Shown: positions 27,046-40,199, counted from the whole stretch's first letter. The stretch is 63,731 nt of DNA, filler included, from Hyphochytrium catenoides (GCA_900088475.1; 9 parts of 9 records of this genome joined end to end with filler, not necessarily neighbours in it), one strand, 5' to 3'. Made by a program: numbers and translations. The notes: generated by a model from the sequence alone, not told the origin.

Positions 27046-27467
27046 CTCTCTCTCTCTCTCTCTCTCTACCCTAAATCGAGTAGGTACGAGAAGTGCATGC
27101 ATCGCCACTGCAGATGTGGGCAGAGACTGACCACAATGGAAGCTCTCTTCTCTCTCTCTTTCTCTCTCCATGATAAGAACTAAGTTCGTCACTAGACGCA
27201 GCCAGATCCCAGACAATTGGTCACGCCTCTTCAACTTCCTCTTAATTCTCTCTCTCTTACTCTCTCTCTCTTCTCTCTCAGTTCTCTCTCTCTCAGTCTC
27301 TCCTTCTCTTTCCATGTCCAACTTCGGTCAAGGCAGCGGAGATCCTGGACATTTGGCCTTTCAGAGACGACGACGGCGACCTGACCTGATATTTGAGCTT
27401 TCTCTCTCTCTTCGGTCTCTCTCTCTCTCTGCTGCCTCTTCTCTATCTTTTGTCTCCCTTCCTTTTC

Positions 27468-27500
<33 letters not shown>

Positions 27501-27570
27501 TCTGCCACGTCTTTCTTTCTGCGACTGGATTCATGGTATCAGGAATGATTTTATTCTTCAAGACGATCTG

Positions 27571-27625
<55 letters not shown>

Positions 27626-27823
27626 CTATCTCTCTTGAAGTCAGCTGCTCTTTTCTATCAGGTAGAACTATCTCTAGTTCCCGTGTAGGTTTCTCTTCTT
27701 TCTCTCTCTCTCTCCTCTCCATCCACCCCGCCTGGCGCTCTACTGGAAGAAGCGCGGCGCGCGACGAAAGGTCTCTCTTCTTTGTCTCTCTCTTTCAAAT
27801 CTTCTACGTGTCTATCCGACGTC

Positions 27824-27872
<49 letters not shown>

Positions 27873-28357
27873 TCCCCCAACTCGTCTGGGCTCTGTCTCA
27901 ACTTACCTCTCTATTTTTCTTACTCTCTCTCCTCTCTGTTTTCCTCTCTCTCTCTTTCTCTCTCTCTCTCATTTCCTCTTTTGATTCTCCTTACCTTTAT
28001 TATTAGAAAGAGAGACAGATTATGTGAAAGCTAGTTCTTCTACAGAGAGATATACAAAAAGGAGAGACAGAGTTAGAGAGACACAATGAAGAGAAGAATG
28101 GAAGAGGAGAGAACTGATCTCTCTCTTGATTCTTTTTACGAGATACCTGGAGTACTATCTTTGCTTTAACTCGCTATTTCCTCAGCGTACTCTCTCTCTC
28201 TTTCTCTCTCTCTCTTGTGTCTCTCTCTCTTCTACGTAAAGAAAAAGAAAGACGCAGACAAGCCGAAGAGAGAAAGAGAAAAGTGAAAAAGAGTGCAATT
28301 TTTGTTAATAAAGAACAGCTTTCTCGAGGCTCTCTCTCTCTTTCTTCTCTATAGGAT

Positions 28358-28589
28358 TTATTCTCTCTCTTCCTCTTTTCTCTTCTGATCCCTTTCTCCT
28401 TTTCCTGTCTCTTTCCCATCATCAGTAGGGGAAGCGGGAAAGGGAGGAGAGGGAGAGAGAGAGAGAGAAGAAGAAGAGGAGGAGGTTGGGATTTTTGACG
28501 GCGCGACTTCCGCTGTCCTTTGAACTATTGGACGGACGCCCCGAGAGAGAGTTTCTTCATAGATCTTGCGGAACCTCCAGATCTGTTTG

Positions 28590-28620
<31 letters not shown>

Positions 28621-29416
28621 NNNNNNNNNNNNNNNNNNNNNNNNNNNNNNNNNNNNNNNNNNNNGAGAGAGAGAAAGGAAGGAGAGAGAGTGTGAGAGTG
28701 AGAGCCAGAAGGGGAGAGCCAAAGAATTCAAAGAAGGCGAGATCAGCGATTGAGAGAAGAACAAGAGGGAGGCAGGACCAACAGGGAGAGAGAAAGAGAG
28801 AGAGAGAAAAAGAGAACACGGACCAAGAAAGAGGAAGAAGGAGAAACAGCAGGTACAGACACGACGAGAGGAAGGTAAAGAGAGAAGAGCGAACCATCAA
28901 GAGAGAAAGAGAAAGAGGTGAAAAGAGAAAAAAAGAGAGAAGACAGAGATGATACAGAGATTTCGAAACAGGAAGAATTCCTCGGGAGAGAGAGACAGAA
29001 GGAGAGAGAGAGAGAGAAGAGAAGCAAAGGCGGTAAACAAGGCGAGTAGTGCAGCAAAGAGACAGGGACAGAGAGTGGAGCGAAAGAGGGAAAGAAAGAG
29101 AGAGAGAGAGGGCCTTACCCCGGCGAGCATGACAACAGTGAGAAAGGCGATGGTGGAGATCATAACCATCGCTGTCCAGGAAATGGAAGAGATTCCCGCC
29201 TTGAAGACAATGAATTGGTTCACAGAGAGAAAGGTCAGGAAACAGGAGAGCGTCTCCAGATCATTGTGAAGTTTTTCTGTTCAAGAGAAAGAGAGAGAGA
29301 GAGAGAGGAGAGAGAAGGAAGGAGAGAGCGACATGGAGGGAAGGGAAAATAAAGCAGAAGGAGCGAACATGTTAGCAATCTACAACTCTAGGTCTTTCTC
29401 CCCGGAGCTGGTGCCT

Positions 29417-29458
<42 letters not shown>

Positions 29459-29643
29459 CCTTTCTCACATTCCCCCTGAGTTTCCCCTGTTCCTCTCCCC
29501 ATCTCCTCTCCTTTCCTCTCTCAGTTGGCCATGCTCATCTTTCTCTCTTTCTCTCCCTCTCTCTCTTTCTCTCTCTCCACCACAATATTAGCCTTTCTCT
29601 CTCTGCGTCTCTCCTCTCGCTTTCACTTCCTGCCACTGCCATA

Positions 29644-29692
<49 letters not shown>

Positions 29693-31326
29693 TTTTGCTG
29701 ACCTGCATAAGGCTGGACTCTGAGCTGGAGAAAGAGAGAGACCAGCCAGAGACACCAGAGCGTGAGAATTTTATTTTCCACCTTCCAGAGGCATTCCAAG
29801 GCATAAGCCATAATACCCTGCTGAAGGAGCTTGACCGCCACCCAGAATTGGAATTTCTCTTGATAGACGTGGGAAAGAGGCGCCAAGAGCTCTCTGAGGA
29901 TCTCACAGCGAGGGACACCTGCTTTGGGAAGAAGAGAGAGAAAGAGAGAGAGAGAGAGAGGGAGAGAGAGAGAGANNNNNNNNNNNNNNNNNNNNNNNNN
30001 NNNNNNNNNNNNNNNNNNNNNNNNNNNNNNNAGATAAGACGGTGAGCGAGACAATGTTAGAGCGTGGGTGAGGGGAGGGAGGATTTTAAACGAAGAGAGA
30101 GAGAGAGAGACACAGAGAGAGAGACAGAGAGAGACAGAGAGACAGAGAGAGAGAGACAGACAGAGAGAGAGAGGGAGAGACTGATGAGCCAGAAAGAGAG
30201 GGGAGAGAGAGAGACTGTTGAGCAAGAAAGAGAGAGCGAAAGAGAGACTCTTGAGATAGAGCGAAGAGAAGGGTAGAGAGGAGAGGAGAAGACAGACAGG
30301 GAGAGTAGGAGAGAGATGGTTTGAAAAGAGAGAGAATGAGAGAGAGACGAGAGGAAAAGGAGAGAGGAGCAAACTAAAGAAGGGAAGAAAAGTAAGAATC
30401 AAAGTGAGAGAGATTTGCGACAGAGAAGAGAGAGAAAGAGAGGGAAAGAGGAGGAGAGAGAGTCCCACCTCTAATCGTTTTCTCTCTTCTGCACACTTCA
30501 ACCTTCTGCTGAGAGCTCGCCCCAAGAGAAGCAGAAATACCTTCCTTCTTCCCTTTTTCCTCTCTCTCTCTTTTTTCTTTCTCTCTCTCTTCTCTCTCTT
30601 CTCTCTTTCTTCTTTGGCCGATAATGGTCCGGAAGGCGAGAGAGATGAGAAAAATGAAGAAAAGACAAAATGCCCAGAGAATGTAACCGAGAGAGAGAGC
30701 CACCGGATGGTCCGAGCATTTCATACTGGTGTCCGCTAGAAGGACCTAGAGAGAGAGAAGAGAGAGAGAAGGGAGATAGCAAAAGAAGAGAGAGAGAGAG
30801 AAAAAGAGAGAGAGAGAGAAAGAAAGAGAGAGAGAAAGAAAGAGAGAGAAGGAGAGAGGTGAGATACATCGAATCTTCTTGAATAATATATGTAGAGACC
30901 AAAAGAAATAGGTAAAGAGAGTAAGGGCGCGATGGANNNNNNNNNNNNNNNNNNNNNNNNNNNNNNNNNNNNNNNNNNNNNNNNNNNNNNNNNNNNNNNN
31001 NNNNNNNNNNGAGAGAAAGATGTAGCTATACCGCCGAGGATAGTAAAAAAGAGAAATACATGTATGGACAAGCGTCTCAACCCTCTACCTCTTGTCTCCC
31101 ACGGCAAGTCTCTCTCTCTCTCCTCTCTTTTTCTCTCTCTCTCTCCCACCTCCCTCTCTCTCTTCCTCTCTCTCTCTTCTTTCCGTCTTACCCTGTCCTT
31201 TCCAACCCTGATGCAGGTGGACATTTGAGAGGCCATGCGGAAGGCCGGGATAAAGAGAATGTAGACTAAGACATATACATAGATCTGGAGCGCCTATAGA
31301 GAGAGAGAAGAGAGAGACAGAGAAGG

Positions 31327-31365
<39 letters not shown>

Positions 31366-31466
31366 GAAAGCAGAAGGGGAAAGATAAGTATAAGTCTTGG
31401 AGATGGGCAAGATCCAAATGAGCTTCATCATCTCTCCTCTGAATATCCCTTTCTCTTCTCTCTCTC

Positions 31467-31498
<32 letters not shown>

Positions 31499-31605
31499 CC
31501 TTTTCGGTTCGACCTCTCTGTTTCTCTCTCGCCTTCTTTACCTGTCTCTATCTATCGTTGTCTCATCTTTTCTTTCCTCTGTCTTTGTCTCCAAGCCCCC
31601 TTCCT

Positions 31606-31646
<41 letters not shown>

Positions 31647-32060
31647 CTCTCTTAGACCTTGAGTTTGAGTTTATCTCTTGGCCTCCAAGAAGAGAAAGGA
31701 TCGGCAAGTTCAGCTCCTTCTGAGGTCTTTCTCTCAGCAGGAATGGAGAGGATGCTGATAAGGAAAGAAAGAGAGAGAGAGAAAGATATTAATTCAGGGA
31801 AAGAGAGAGAGAGAAGGACAGGCAGAGAGAAGGAGATAACTATGAGTCCAAGAAGATAAGGGTAATGAGGATAAGAGAAAGGAGAAGGAAATCGCCCCAA
31901 TGAAAGAAAACGGAGGAGACAGAAAAAAAAAGAGAGAGAGAGTGAGCGGCCAGACAGAGACAGAGAAGAGAAAGGGCGATGAGGCAAAGAACGCTAAGAA
32001 GGAGAGAAAGAAAGAGAAAGAGAAGAGGACAAAAAGAGCGTATCAAGCGGGAGAAGAATT

Positions 32061-32100
<40 letters not shown>

Positions 32101-32855
32101 AGTCTCAGTATCTTTGATTTTTTGACTTTCTCTCTTTCTGCCCACGTTCCTCCTCCCCAGGCGCCATAGATAGCGCACGAGAGAAAGAGAATGAGAAGGA
32201 GAAAGAGAGCACAGAGAGAACGCCAGGAAAGATGAGAGAGAAAGTCTCCATAGCCAAAGGCGCTGCAACCCTAAAGAGAGAATTTCAGAGAGAGAGAGAG
32301 AGAGAGAGAGAAAGAGTGAGTTCAGAGAGAAAGAGAGACAGTGAGGGCGAGTAAGAGAGGAGATCGGAGAGGGCAGAAACGGAAGAGAGAGACACAGAAA
32401 GCTGGACAGGTAAACGAAGCCAAGGGAGAGAGAGAAAGAGAGAGAAAAGAGACAGAACGTCGAACTCGAAGTGTCCAAGTTAAGGGAGAAGAGAGAGAGA
32501 AAGAGAGGCACTCGTAGGATCGAAGTAGAAGAAGGTGGCAAGAAGAGAGAGGAGAGAGAACCGGAAAAGACATCCATTCAGAAGAGAGAGATATGAAGAC
32601 GGAAGGGAGAGAGTGTGACACCGAGAGATGGATAGAGACGAGCAGCGCAGGATAATAATAATAGGGAAAGAGAGAAGATGGAGAGAGAGAGAGAGAGAAA
32701 GAGAGAAGGAAAGAGAGAGAGAAAGAAAGAGTGAGAGAAAGAAAAAGAGAGAAAAAGAAAGAGTGAGAGAAAGAAAGAAAGAGAGAAAGAAAGAGAGAGA
32801 AAAAGAAAGCGAGAGAGAAAGAAAGGGAGAGAGGGGAGGAAGAAAGATGTAGGGC

Positions 32856-32915
<60 letters not shown>

Positions 32916-33040
32916 AATCCCAAGTACTTTACCTTTCCTTTCACGAAAATCTTCGGGAAGTCTAAGAGTGTGACCCGCAGGAAAGGCAAGCCACCCTCGG
33001 ACGAAGAAGGAACAGCAGAGTTGAAGCTCACTTGCACTGC

Positions 33041-33073
<33 letters not shown>

Positions 33074-33211
33074 AGAGTCAGAGTCAAGAGGAGGGGCAAA
33101 TCGGAGAAGAGAGAAAGCGATTTAGAGGGAGAGGAAGTCTAAAGAGAGAGAAAGAGCAGCAACAAAGAGAGAGCGAGAGAACAGGAGGAAGAGGGGGTAG
33201 AGAAGAGAGGC

Positions 33212-33242
<31 letters not shown>

Positions 33243-33483
33243 AAGTGAGAGAGAGAGGAAAGAAAAAAAGAAAATCAGACAAGAGAGAGCTAAAACACAG
33301 CAAGCCACTGTTAGCTCTTTCGCACTCTGTCTCACCCTGTAAGAACCCGATAACTATGGAGATGAGAGCATTGTCTCTGATTCTGTCTGCCATCAACTGG
33401 AAGGCAAATGCGTAAGAGAAGATCAGGAGGCCGCCCAAGGCCATTGCCCAACCGATGTACCAGCTGCCAATGCCATCACACAC
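28358..33483 (-). CDS. Multi-pass membrane protein, protist TRP-like/GPCR-related C-terminal TM region (partial, multi-exon)
   Basis: In-frame spliced exons: WYIGWAMALGGLLIFSYAFAF...ISIVIGFLQ; VYILFIPAFRMASQMSTCIRVGKDR|VLLADTSMKCSDH; LSHVYQEKFQFWVAVKLLQQ; LQLRVQPYA|EKLHNDLETLS. This Cys/D-x-x-x-x-C, Y..W and QPY..N.LE..S pattern is typical of that family. Confidence 0.6.
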
Positions 33484-33531
<48 letters not shown>

Positions 33532-34183
33532 AGAACAGAGAGAAAGAAGAGTTAGAGTGACTGAGGAGGAAAGAGAGAAGGGTGAGGGAAGAAGGAGAAG
33601 AGACACAGAGAGAAGGAGAGAAGAGAGAGAGAGAGAGAAGAGAGAGGGAGGGGAGAGAGAGAGAGAGACAGAAAGAGGAAGGCACATGGCAAGGACTTCC
33701 GTTCTCCTTCCTTGACCATTTGTACCGATAGAAAGACAGACTTGTATGATGGAGGATGCTTTCTTCTCCCATCTTCTCTGTTCTCTCTCTCTCTCTCTTT
33801 CTCTCTACTGCTATGGACCTCCGTCCAGTCTCTTTGTTACCTGACTGTCTCTCTTTCTCCTTCTCTCTTCTCTGTCTTTCTCCTTCCACCTTCTCCATTT
33901 TCTCTTCCCCGCGTTTTATTCTCTTCTCTCGTTGTCTCCCTCGTCGGTGTTACCGCTAGCCTTCGCTCTTTCTCTCTCTTCTTCATCTCTCGTTCTCTCT
34001 TTCTCTCTCTTTTACTCTCTCTCTCCTCCCATTCCCCCTTCCTCCTCCTTTTTGACACCCTTCCACCAATTTTTTCTCTCTCTCTTCCTCTCTCTTTATC
34101 TCTCTTCTCCCCTCCCTTTTCCCTCCCTCTATATTTTTTCGGGGTTTGGGTTTTCTCTCTCTCTCTCTCTCTTTCTCTCTCTC

Positions 34184-34282
34184 NNNNNNNNNNNNNNNNN
34201 NNNNNNNNNNNNNNNNNNNNNNNNNNNTTAATTAATTAANNNNNNNNNNNNNNNNNNNNNNNNNNNNNNNNNNNNNNNNNNN
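34184..34282. other. Artificial contig linker
   Basis: TTAATTAATTAA at 34228-34239 between N runs. Confidence 0.97.
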
Positions 34283-34356
34283 NCTCTCTCTCTCTCTCTC
34301 TCTCTCTTCCTCCAAATCATCTCTTGTCGCTCTCGTCTCTGGCCTCAATTTTTAGG

Positions 34357-35016
34357 ATCCATCTATTGTCGAGGCTTCTAGCTCGAAGGCATCCGCGACC
34401 CCCGTGGGGCTGGGAAACTCTATGGTAAGGGAGATAAGAGACAGAGACACGCGCCAATGATACCGCATATAGAGTATAAAAAGGAGAGAAGGAGAGAGAG
34501 AGAGAGAGAGAGAGACAGAGACAGAGAGAGACAAAGAGGTCTAAGTTAGCACAGGGAACAAAGGAACAGCTAAAGAGAACATGACGGGTGACTGGAAAAA
34601 GGAGGAAAGAACCTAAGAGGATTAGGGAAAATAAAGAATAGATGTCGGAGAAGAGAGAGAGAGAGAGAGAGAGCGAGAGCGAGAGAGAGAGAGAGAGAGA
34701 GCCAAATTGCAATAGAGGTAGAAAGAGAGAGAGAGAGAGAGAGAGCTCACACCGCTCTTTCTCTCTTTCAGTTTGGTTCTCATCCATCCCTCGGCCTGCC
34801 TCCTCCGGTCCCTGGACAGCCTCCCCGCGCCTCGCTGCTGAAGGTCCCACAGGCTCCCCCGCCACCTCTCCCAACGCTGCCCTCAGGACCCATCGGCGGA
34901 CAGATCTCGCAGCCTAGAATCGCTGTGGAGCCGCCCAAGCAGAACCTCATGGAGGAGATCGGAGACAAGTAAGGGAGAAAGAAGAAAGAGGGACAAACGA
35001 GAGAGACAACGGGGAT

Positions 35017-35079
<63 letters not shown>

Positions 35080-35780
35080 AGGGAGAGAGAGAGAGAGAAG
35101 GAGGGAGAGAGAGAGGGTGAGAAAGAAGAGAGATGGATAAGAAGAAAAACACTTTTCAGAGAAGGTTTGTATGAAGGATAGACGACTGATATTATTGCAT
35201 TGTGGTTGCTTTTCTTCTTTCTCTCTCTCTCTTGTCTTCTTCTCTCGTCTCTCTCTCTGTCTCCCTCTGGTTATCCTGATTCCGGACAGACTTGTGAAGA
35301 CGGACGCGTCGGTGATTTTGAAAGTGATGCGGGTGCTGAACATCATTCTCTCTCTCTTCACCATCGCTGTCGGCATCGTAGCGATAATCTTCGGCTACGT
35401 CACTGGCGTCTCGACCTTCTTCGCTGTCTTCTACACCATGTCAGGACCCATCCTCTCTCTCTCTCTCTCGCTCTGTCTCTCTCTCTCTCTCGCTCTGTCT
35501 CTCTCTCTCCCCTCTCTTCCTTTTCCTCACACTAATTTCTCTCTCCGTTGTCTCTCCTCTCCTTTCCTTGTAGTCTCTCTCTTCTCCTCTTACTTTCTCT
35601 CTCTTTCTCCCCCAGTCCCTCTTTCTCTTTCTCTAACGTTTACGTTTGATCTTCTGGCTTTAGAATGTTTGGTATCCTCCTCTTGGCCTTTGAGCTGCGC
35701 GCTGAGACTGTGGACCAGACAATCAGAAGGAACTTCGGCTTTATGTACTCATACAAGGGCAGACTTGCCTTCATGATCTT

Positions 35781-35812
<32 letters not shown>

Positions 35813-36871
35813 ATGTGTGTGTGTGTGTGTGTCTTTGTTACAGGTTTCCCTTCCTTTTGGTTGTAAGTGTCATCGACAGTCCTCTTCTTTCCCTTTTCTC
35901 TCTCACCCGCGCACAACGGCAGATTCTCTCTCTCTCTCTCGCGCTCGTTCTCTCTCTCTCTCCCTCTTCTTTGCTCCCCAGTTACATGACCCTATGTCAT
36001 TGTGTATATCCATTTCCTGTCGGTTTTCTATTGCTACAACTCAGTCTCTTTGTCTCATGCTGTTAGTTTTTATCTAACCTGTTCATCTCTTTGGTGATCT
36101 CTTCTCTCTCTCATCATTCACTTTTCCCTGTTCTCTGCGTCCTCCAGCATCGCGATCTGGCCTCTGTCTCTCGGATGGCACAGCATCACCGTCACTTGCG
36201 CCGCACTCATGTTCTGCAACGCTTTCTTCAATTACTTTATCATCTACAAGGTAAAAGGGCACAGCCTCTCTCTCTCCGTTCTCTTGGCCCCCTCTGTCCT
36301 CTCCCTCCCTCTTCTCCCTCCCTCTTTACTATCTTTTCTCTCTTTCTGGCGCTCGGTTACCTTTTCGTCTTTTCTCTGTTCTGCGGTTGCACATTGACGG
36401 CTTTTCAAACCCTGCGACAGCTGCTTCTTCTCTCTCTTTGCGTCGGTGTCTGACTCTCTCTCTTTCTCTCTCTCTCTCACTTGAATGATCCACGGTCTCC
36501 TGCCTTTTCCCGATTCGGTTCTGGGTGACACCCTCTTTCCTTCGCTCTCATCTCTCCTCTCATTCCCTTTCTAACTCTCTTTCCTGTTCCAGCATCCTGC
36601 CTTCCAGCAGCTGCCGCCTCAGTATGTTCCTGCCCGCCAGGTAGATCACTGAGCTGAACTGTACGCTACCCTTCATATTGAGCTGACCGAGAATGGGAAC
36701 TAATCCCACTTCGTCTCTCACTCTCTTCCTCACCTGCGTCTCTCTCTCTCTCTCTCTGTCCTCTTCTTTCTTTTCTCTGTGTCTCTCTCTCCTATGTATC
36801 TGTCTCTCTGGCATGAATATGCTTATCAACAGGCCTCTGCTGGAGGAAAGATGCAAGGACAGACGCTGTAA
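34357..36871 (+). CDS. COPI-associated / Golgi TVP15-like membrane protein with Pro-rich N-terminal region (5' partial)
   Basis: Spliced product: ...MEEIGDK|LVKTDASVILKVMRVLNIILSLFTIAVGIV...VFYTI|MFGILLLAFEL...IRRNFGFMYSYKGRLAFMIF|IAIWPLSLGW...NAFFNYFIIYK|HPAFQ. FGFMYSYKGR-x-x-F matches the COPI_assoc signature. Introns 34969-35289, 35440-35662, 35781-36147, 36251-36592. Confidence 0.75.
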
Positions 36872-37289
36872 AGGCAACCTTCCGACATACTTCTCCTCTC
36901 TCTGTTCTCTTCCCTCTCTTCTCTCCTCTCTCTTCTCATCCCTTATCTAGCAGGAAGCAGAGTATATTAGCCACATAAATAACATTTCTCCTTAAGCAAA
37001 CTCCTCAGTCTCTCTGACCGAAGTTGCCTGTTCCTCTCTCTTCCCATTTCTCCTTATCCTTTCTAACTCACTGTGTCTCTCTCTCTCTCTCTCTCTCTCT
37101 AGACACTGTTTGTGGGTCTCTCTCCCTTTCCTCTCAGAGATTAGAGATAGAGTTAGCGATAACAGATAGATGGAGATAGAGACAGAGAGAGAGAGATCAA
37201 GAGAGAGATACGAAGAGAATAGAGAGGTCTTAGCTGAGTGCGTCGAAGAGCTGTCGGTAGAACAAGCAGTCTTCCTGGGCAATGATGCA

Positions 37290-37560
37290 GCGACTAAAAG
37301 AAAACGGGGGCGCTGTCTATATCGTAGACACGGTAGCCTTTGGTGCGTAGCTCGTAGCGTAAGAAGAAGACGCAGCGCTAGGTCCTCGCGTTCAATGTGC
37401 TGCCGGAGGACCTTAGGCATGGCAGAACAGGAGGTGCAGCCAAGAGCTCGAAGGGAAGAGAGAAAGCAGGGACTTTCTTCATACCAGAATTCATCGGGCT
37501 GTGGCCACTTAGGACGCTGGTGGGAGAACAGCTTCTCTCCAATATCAAGAGGAAAGGTTA
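37290..37560 (-). mobile_element. Degenerate Ty1/copia integrase C-terminal fragment
   Basis: Minus strand reads LRALGC... and RCVFF.YELRTKGYRVYDIDS, the copia SH3-like region. It is homologous to 38350-38610 on the plus strand. Confidence 0.6.
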
Positions 37561-37859
37561 GCCGTACAGAGCTGGATGTGCCTGTCAAGCAGTCGATCGA
37601 GGGAAGGGAAGGGACGGCGTAGGGGCCAACGATGTCAAAGTGGATGCGGCAAGCTTCTTCCTGGTGACGGGGGCGCTGGCGGGCGGAGGAAAAGTTGTCG
37701 TGGTACGTTTTCTGAGTGCATGCGCCAGCTCTATTTCCCTTTCAACCTTCTCTCCTGAGCCCCTGTCTCTTTCTTCCTCTCTCTCTGGCACCGCCGTACT
37801 AGACACCTAGGTATCGACAACTTCAATCTCCTTGCTTCTGAGCTACAGGCCTGCCTGCT

Positions 37860-39140
37860 TTAGCCATTGAGAGAGTTCCCGACTGTGAGGGCTGTGCCCT
37901 CGACAAAGGCACCACCGCACCTTTGCCTCCTCCCAGCGCCTCCCAGCCACCACGAAGCTTGTCCGCATCCACTCTGACATCGCTGGCCCCTACGCCGTCG
38001 CTAGCCTTCTCTCAATCTTCTGATTGACGGGCGCATCCAGCTTTGTACCCGCTACCTCCACGACGCAAAGGCTGAGATCTTCCCTATCCACCTCGCCTCC
38101 CAAGCCGAAGTCGAACGCCAAAGCGGCCTACAGGTCAAGACTCCTCGTAGCGGTACCCGCGGAGAATATCACCTCCCACGCCTTCATCTCCCACCTGCAG
38201 ACCAAAGGCATCACACATGAGCTCACCCTTCCCTATTCTCCCTCGCAGAATGGCATTGCCGAGTGCATGATCCGCACCATCACAGAGGCAGCACCGGGCG
38301 CTGCTCCAAGGCTGGTAGCCTCCCCTTCTCGCTTCTGGGGAGAAGCCCTTATGTCCCTTACCTTCGCAACCGATCTCCAACCAGCGTCCTGAGTGGCGGA
38401 GGACCCGTAGGAAGCCTGGTACGGACAAACTCCTTGCTCAGTCTCTCTCTTACCTTCGAGCTCTTGGCTGCACCTGCTGCTATCACCTCTAAGGCCCTCC
38501 CGCGGCACGTTGGACCCTCGGAGTAAGCGCTGCATCCTCTAGGCTTAGGAGCTAAAGACCAAAGGTTACCGTGTCTATGATATAGACAGCGGCCCCGTCT
38601 CCTTCTTCTGCCGCCGGTCTGTCCCACCTAGCCCTTCTCCCGGCCTCCTCTTCCCTTCCTGCAGCCACTCCCTACTTCGATCTATCATTATCTCTGCTCC
38701 TCCCTGTACCTGGTGAGCCCTCAAGCGAAGGCTGCCCTTGCTGCTTCCCCAGCTGAGCCTTCGCCTCCTTCTCCCTCTGATCTCAATCTTCTTGACCCCT
38801 AGACCATCACGACGACAGAGTGCCAGCCAGTTTTCTCTCTCTTCCCCTAATACCTTACCTGCCAGCAGATCATCCTCTCGTCTAAAGACCCACACAACCT
38901 CATTGAATCCCTACCCTGCCGGCTACATGGCCACGAGCACCAGGTCACAACCTAACAGAAGCTCCTGTCAGGTGTACACAGGAAGCCCTTCGATTCAGCG
39001 GCCTCAGGCTTCTCATTGGCGCCATGCGGCCCAGACAAGATCTAGTCCTTCCCTCGACCAGGAGCAACTAGGGCCTTCCATCGCTTCCAGGTGAGAGACT
39101 AGCGTTGGATCAAGAAGGAGCCTGACGGCTCTATAATAGC
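37860..39140 (+). mobile_element. Degenerate Ty1/copia pol remnant (integrase to start of RT)
   Basis: Fragmented motifs DCEGCALDK, IHSDIAGPY, GITHELTLPYSPSQNGIAEC, RFWGEAL, YLRNRSPT, KGYRVYDIDS and KKEPDGSI, with many frameshifts. Confidence 0.8.
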
Positions 39141-39648
39141 TAAACCACCGGGGCACGCCTTGCTTGTGGTACCAGGATCCCGTCATCAGCAGTCTCCTTG
39201 AGCCTTAGACACCTTTCTCGGCCATCGTGCCCCTTACCCTGACCTCCTGAAAGCACGCTGTCTCAATCAAAGAAGCAAGACGCACGGATGCTCCTTCCTG
39301 CCTCAGCCAACAACTACCCTGGCGGGCGCCTCATCATTAGGCAGAAGTACGCTTCGAAGGTGCCCAGAAGACTTTCCCCTCGCGGCCCTCAGCGCTCCGG
39401 TTCCCGCCCCAGCCCCACCGGCACACCAGAGGTAGTAAGGCTTGTAATTATTGGCGCAAGAAGCCCTGCAACGGGCGCAGATGCACGAATGCTGAAAAAA
39501 GCAGCAGCGCAACAACCTCCCGCCAGCTCGAAGAGAGAGAAGGAGAGCGAGCGAGCGAGAGAGAGAGAGAGAGAGAAAGAAAGAGAGAGACAGAGAAGAA
39601 AGAAAGAGAGAGCGAGAGAGAGCAAGAGAGAGAGAGAAGGGAAGGCAG

Positions 39649-39798
39649 AGTGACTGAAAGCGAGAGAGCGAGAGAGAGAGAGAGAAAGAGAGAGAAGAGG
39701 TGAAGACACAGTGACTGAAAGCGAGAGAAAGAGAGAGAGCGAGAGAGAGAGAGAAAGAGAGAGAGAGAAGAAGAGAAGAAGACACAGTGACTGAAAGC
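39649..39798 (+). repeat. Three copies of AGTGACTGAAAGC separated by AG-microsatellite spacers
   Basis: Copies at 39649, 39710 and 39786. Copies 2 and 3 share the longer GAAGACACAGTGACTGAAAGC. Confidence 0.85.
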
Positions 39799-40199
39799 CC
39801 TTTCTTCCTTCGACCGTTACAGTTCCCAGAAAATTGCAACTCAAATATCTTGCAAGAATGAAAGTTTCGTGACGTTACCAACTTTCCGTGTGACTAGTTA
39901 TCAGTTATCAGTAATGGCAGGTCATTGATCTTTCAGCTGGTCGTTGTTACCCATGGCCCACCATCATGGCCCATCATCATGGCGAAGGAGACGGAAGTGG
40001 TGGCAGCGAGTCGTCGTCGTCGAGAACGAGGAGAGAGAATCTTAACCATCGTCGTCGGACTACTAACTCTCAGAGCCAGCTCTGTCAAAGGCACAGTGTT
40101 TCAACAGCCGTGACTATGGCAACCGCAGAGACACCTACCTGTCGCAAGCTCAAGGCATATCATAGTTATATTTCAAGAAGATAAGTATACTCAGCAGAC

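Noticed and set aside
19000-37300. Dozens of ORFs rich in ERERER or LSLSLS
   Set aside because: They are translations of (AG)n/(CT)n intronic microsatellites, which lack stop codons; they are not proteins.
39649-39798. CRISPR-like array
   Set aside because: Only three short repeats, spacers are low-complexity AG runs, no cas genes, and the context is eukaryotic.
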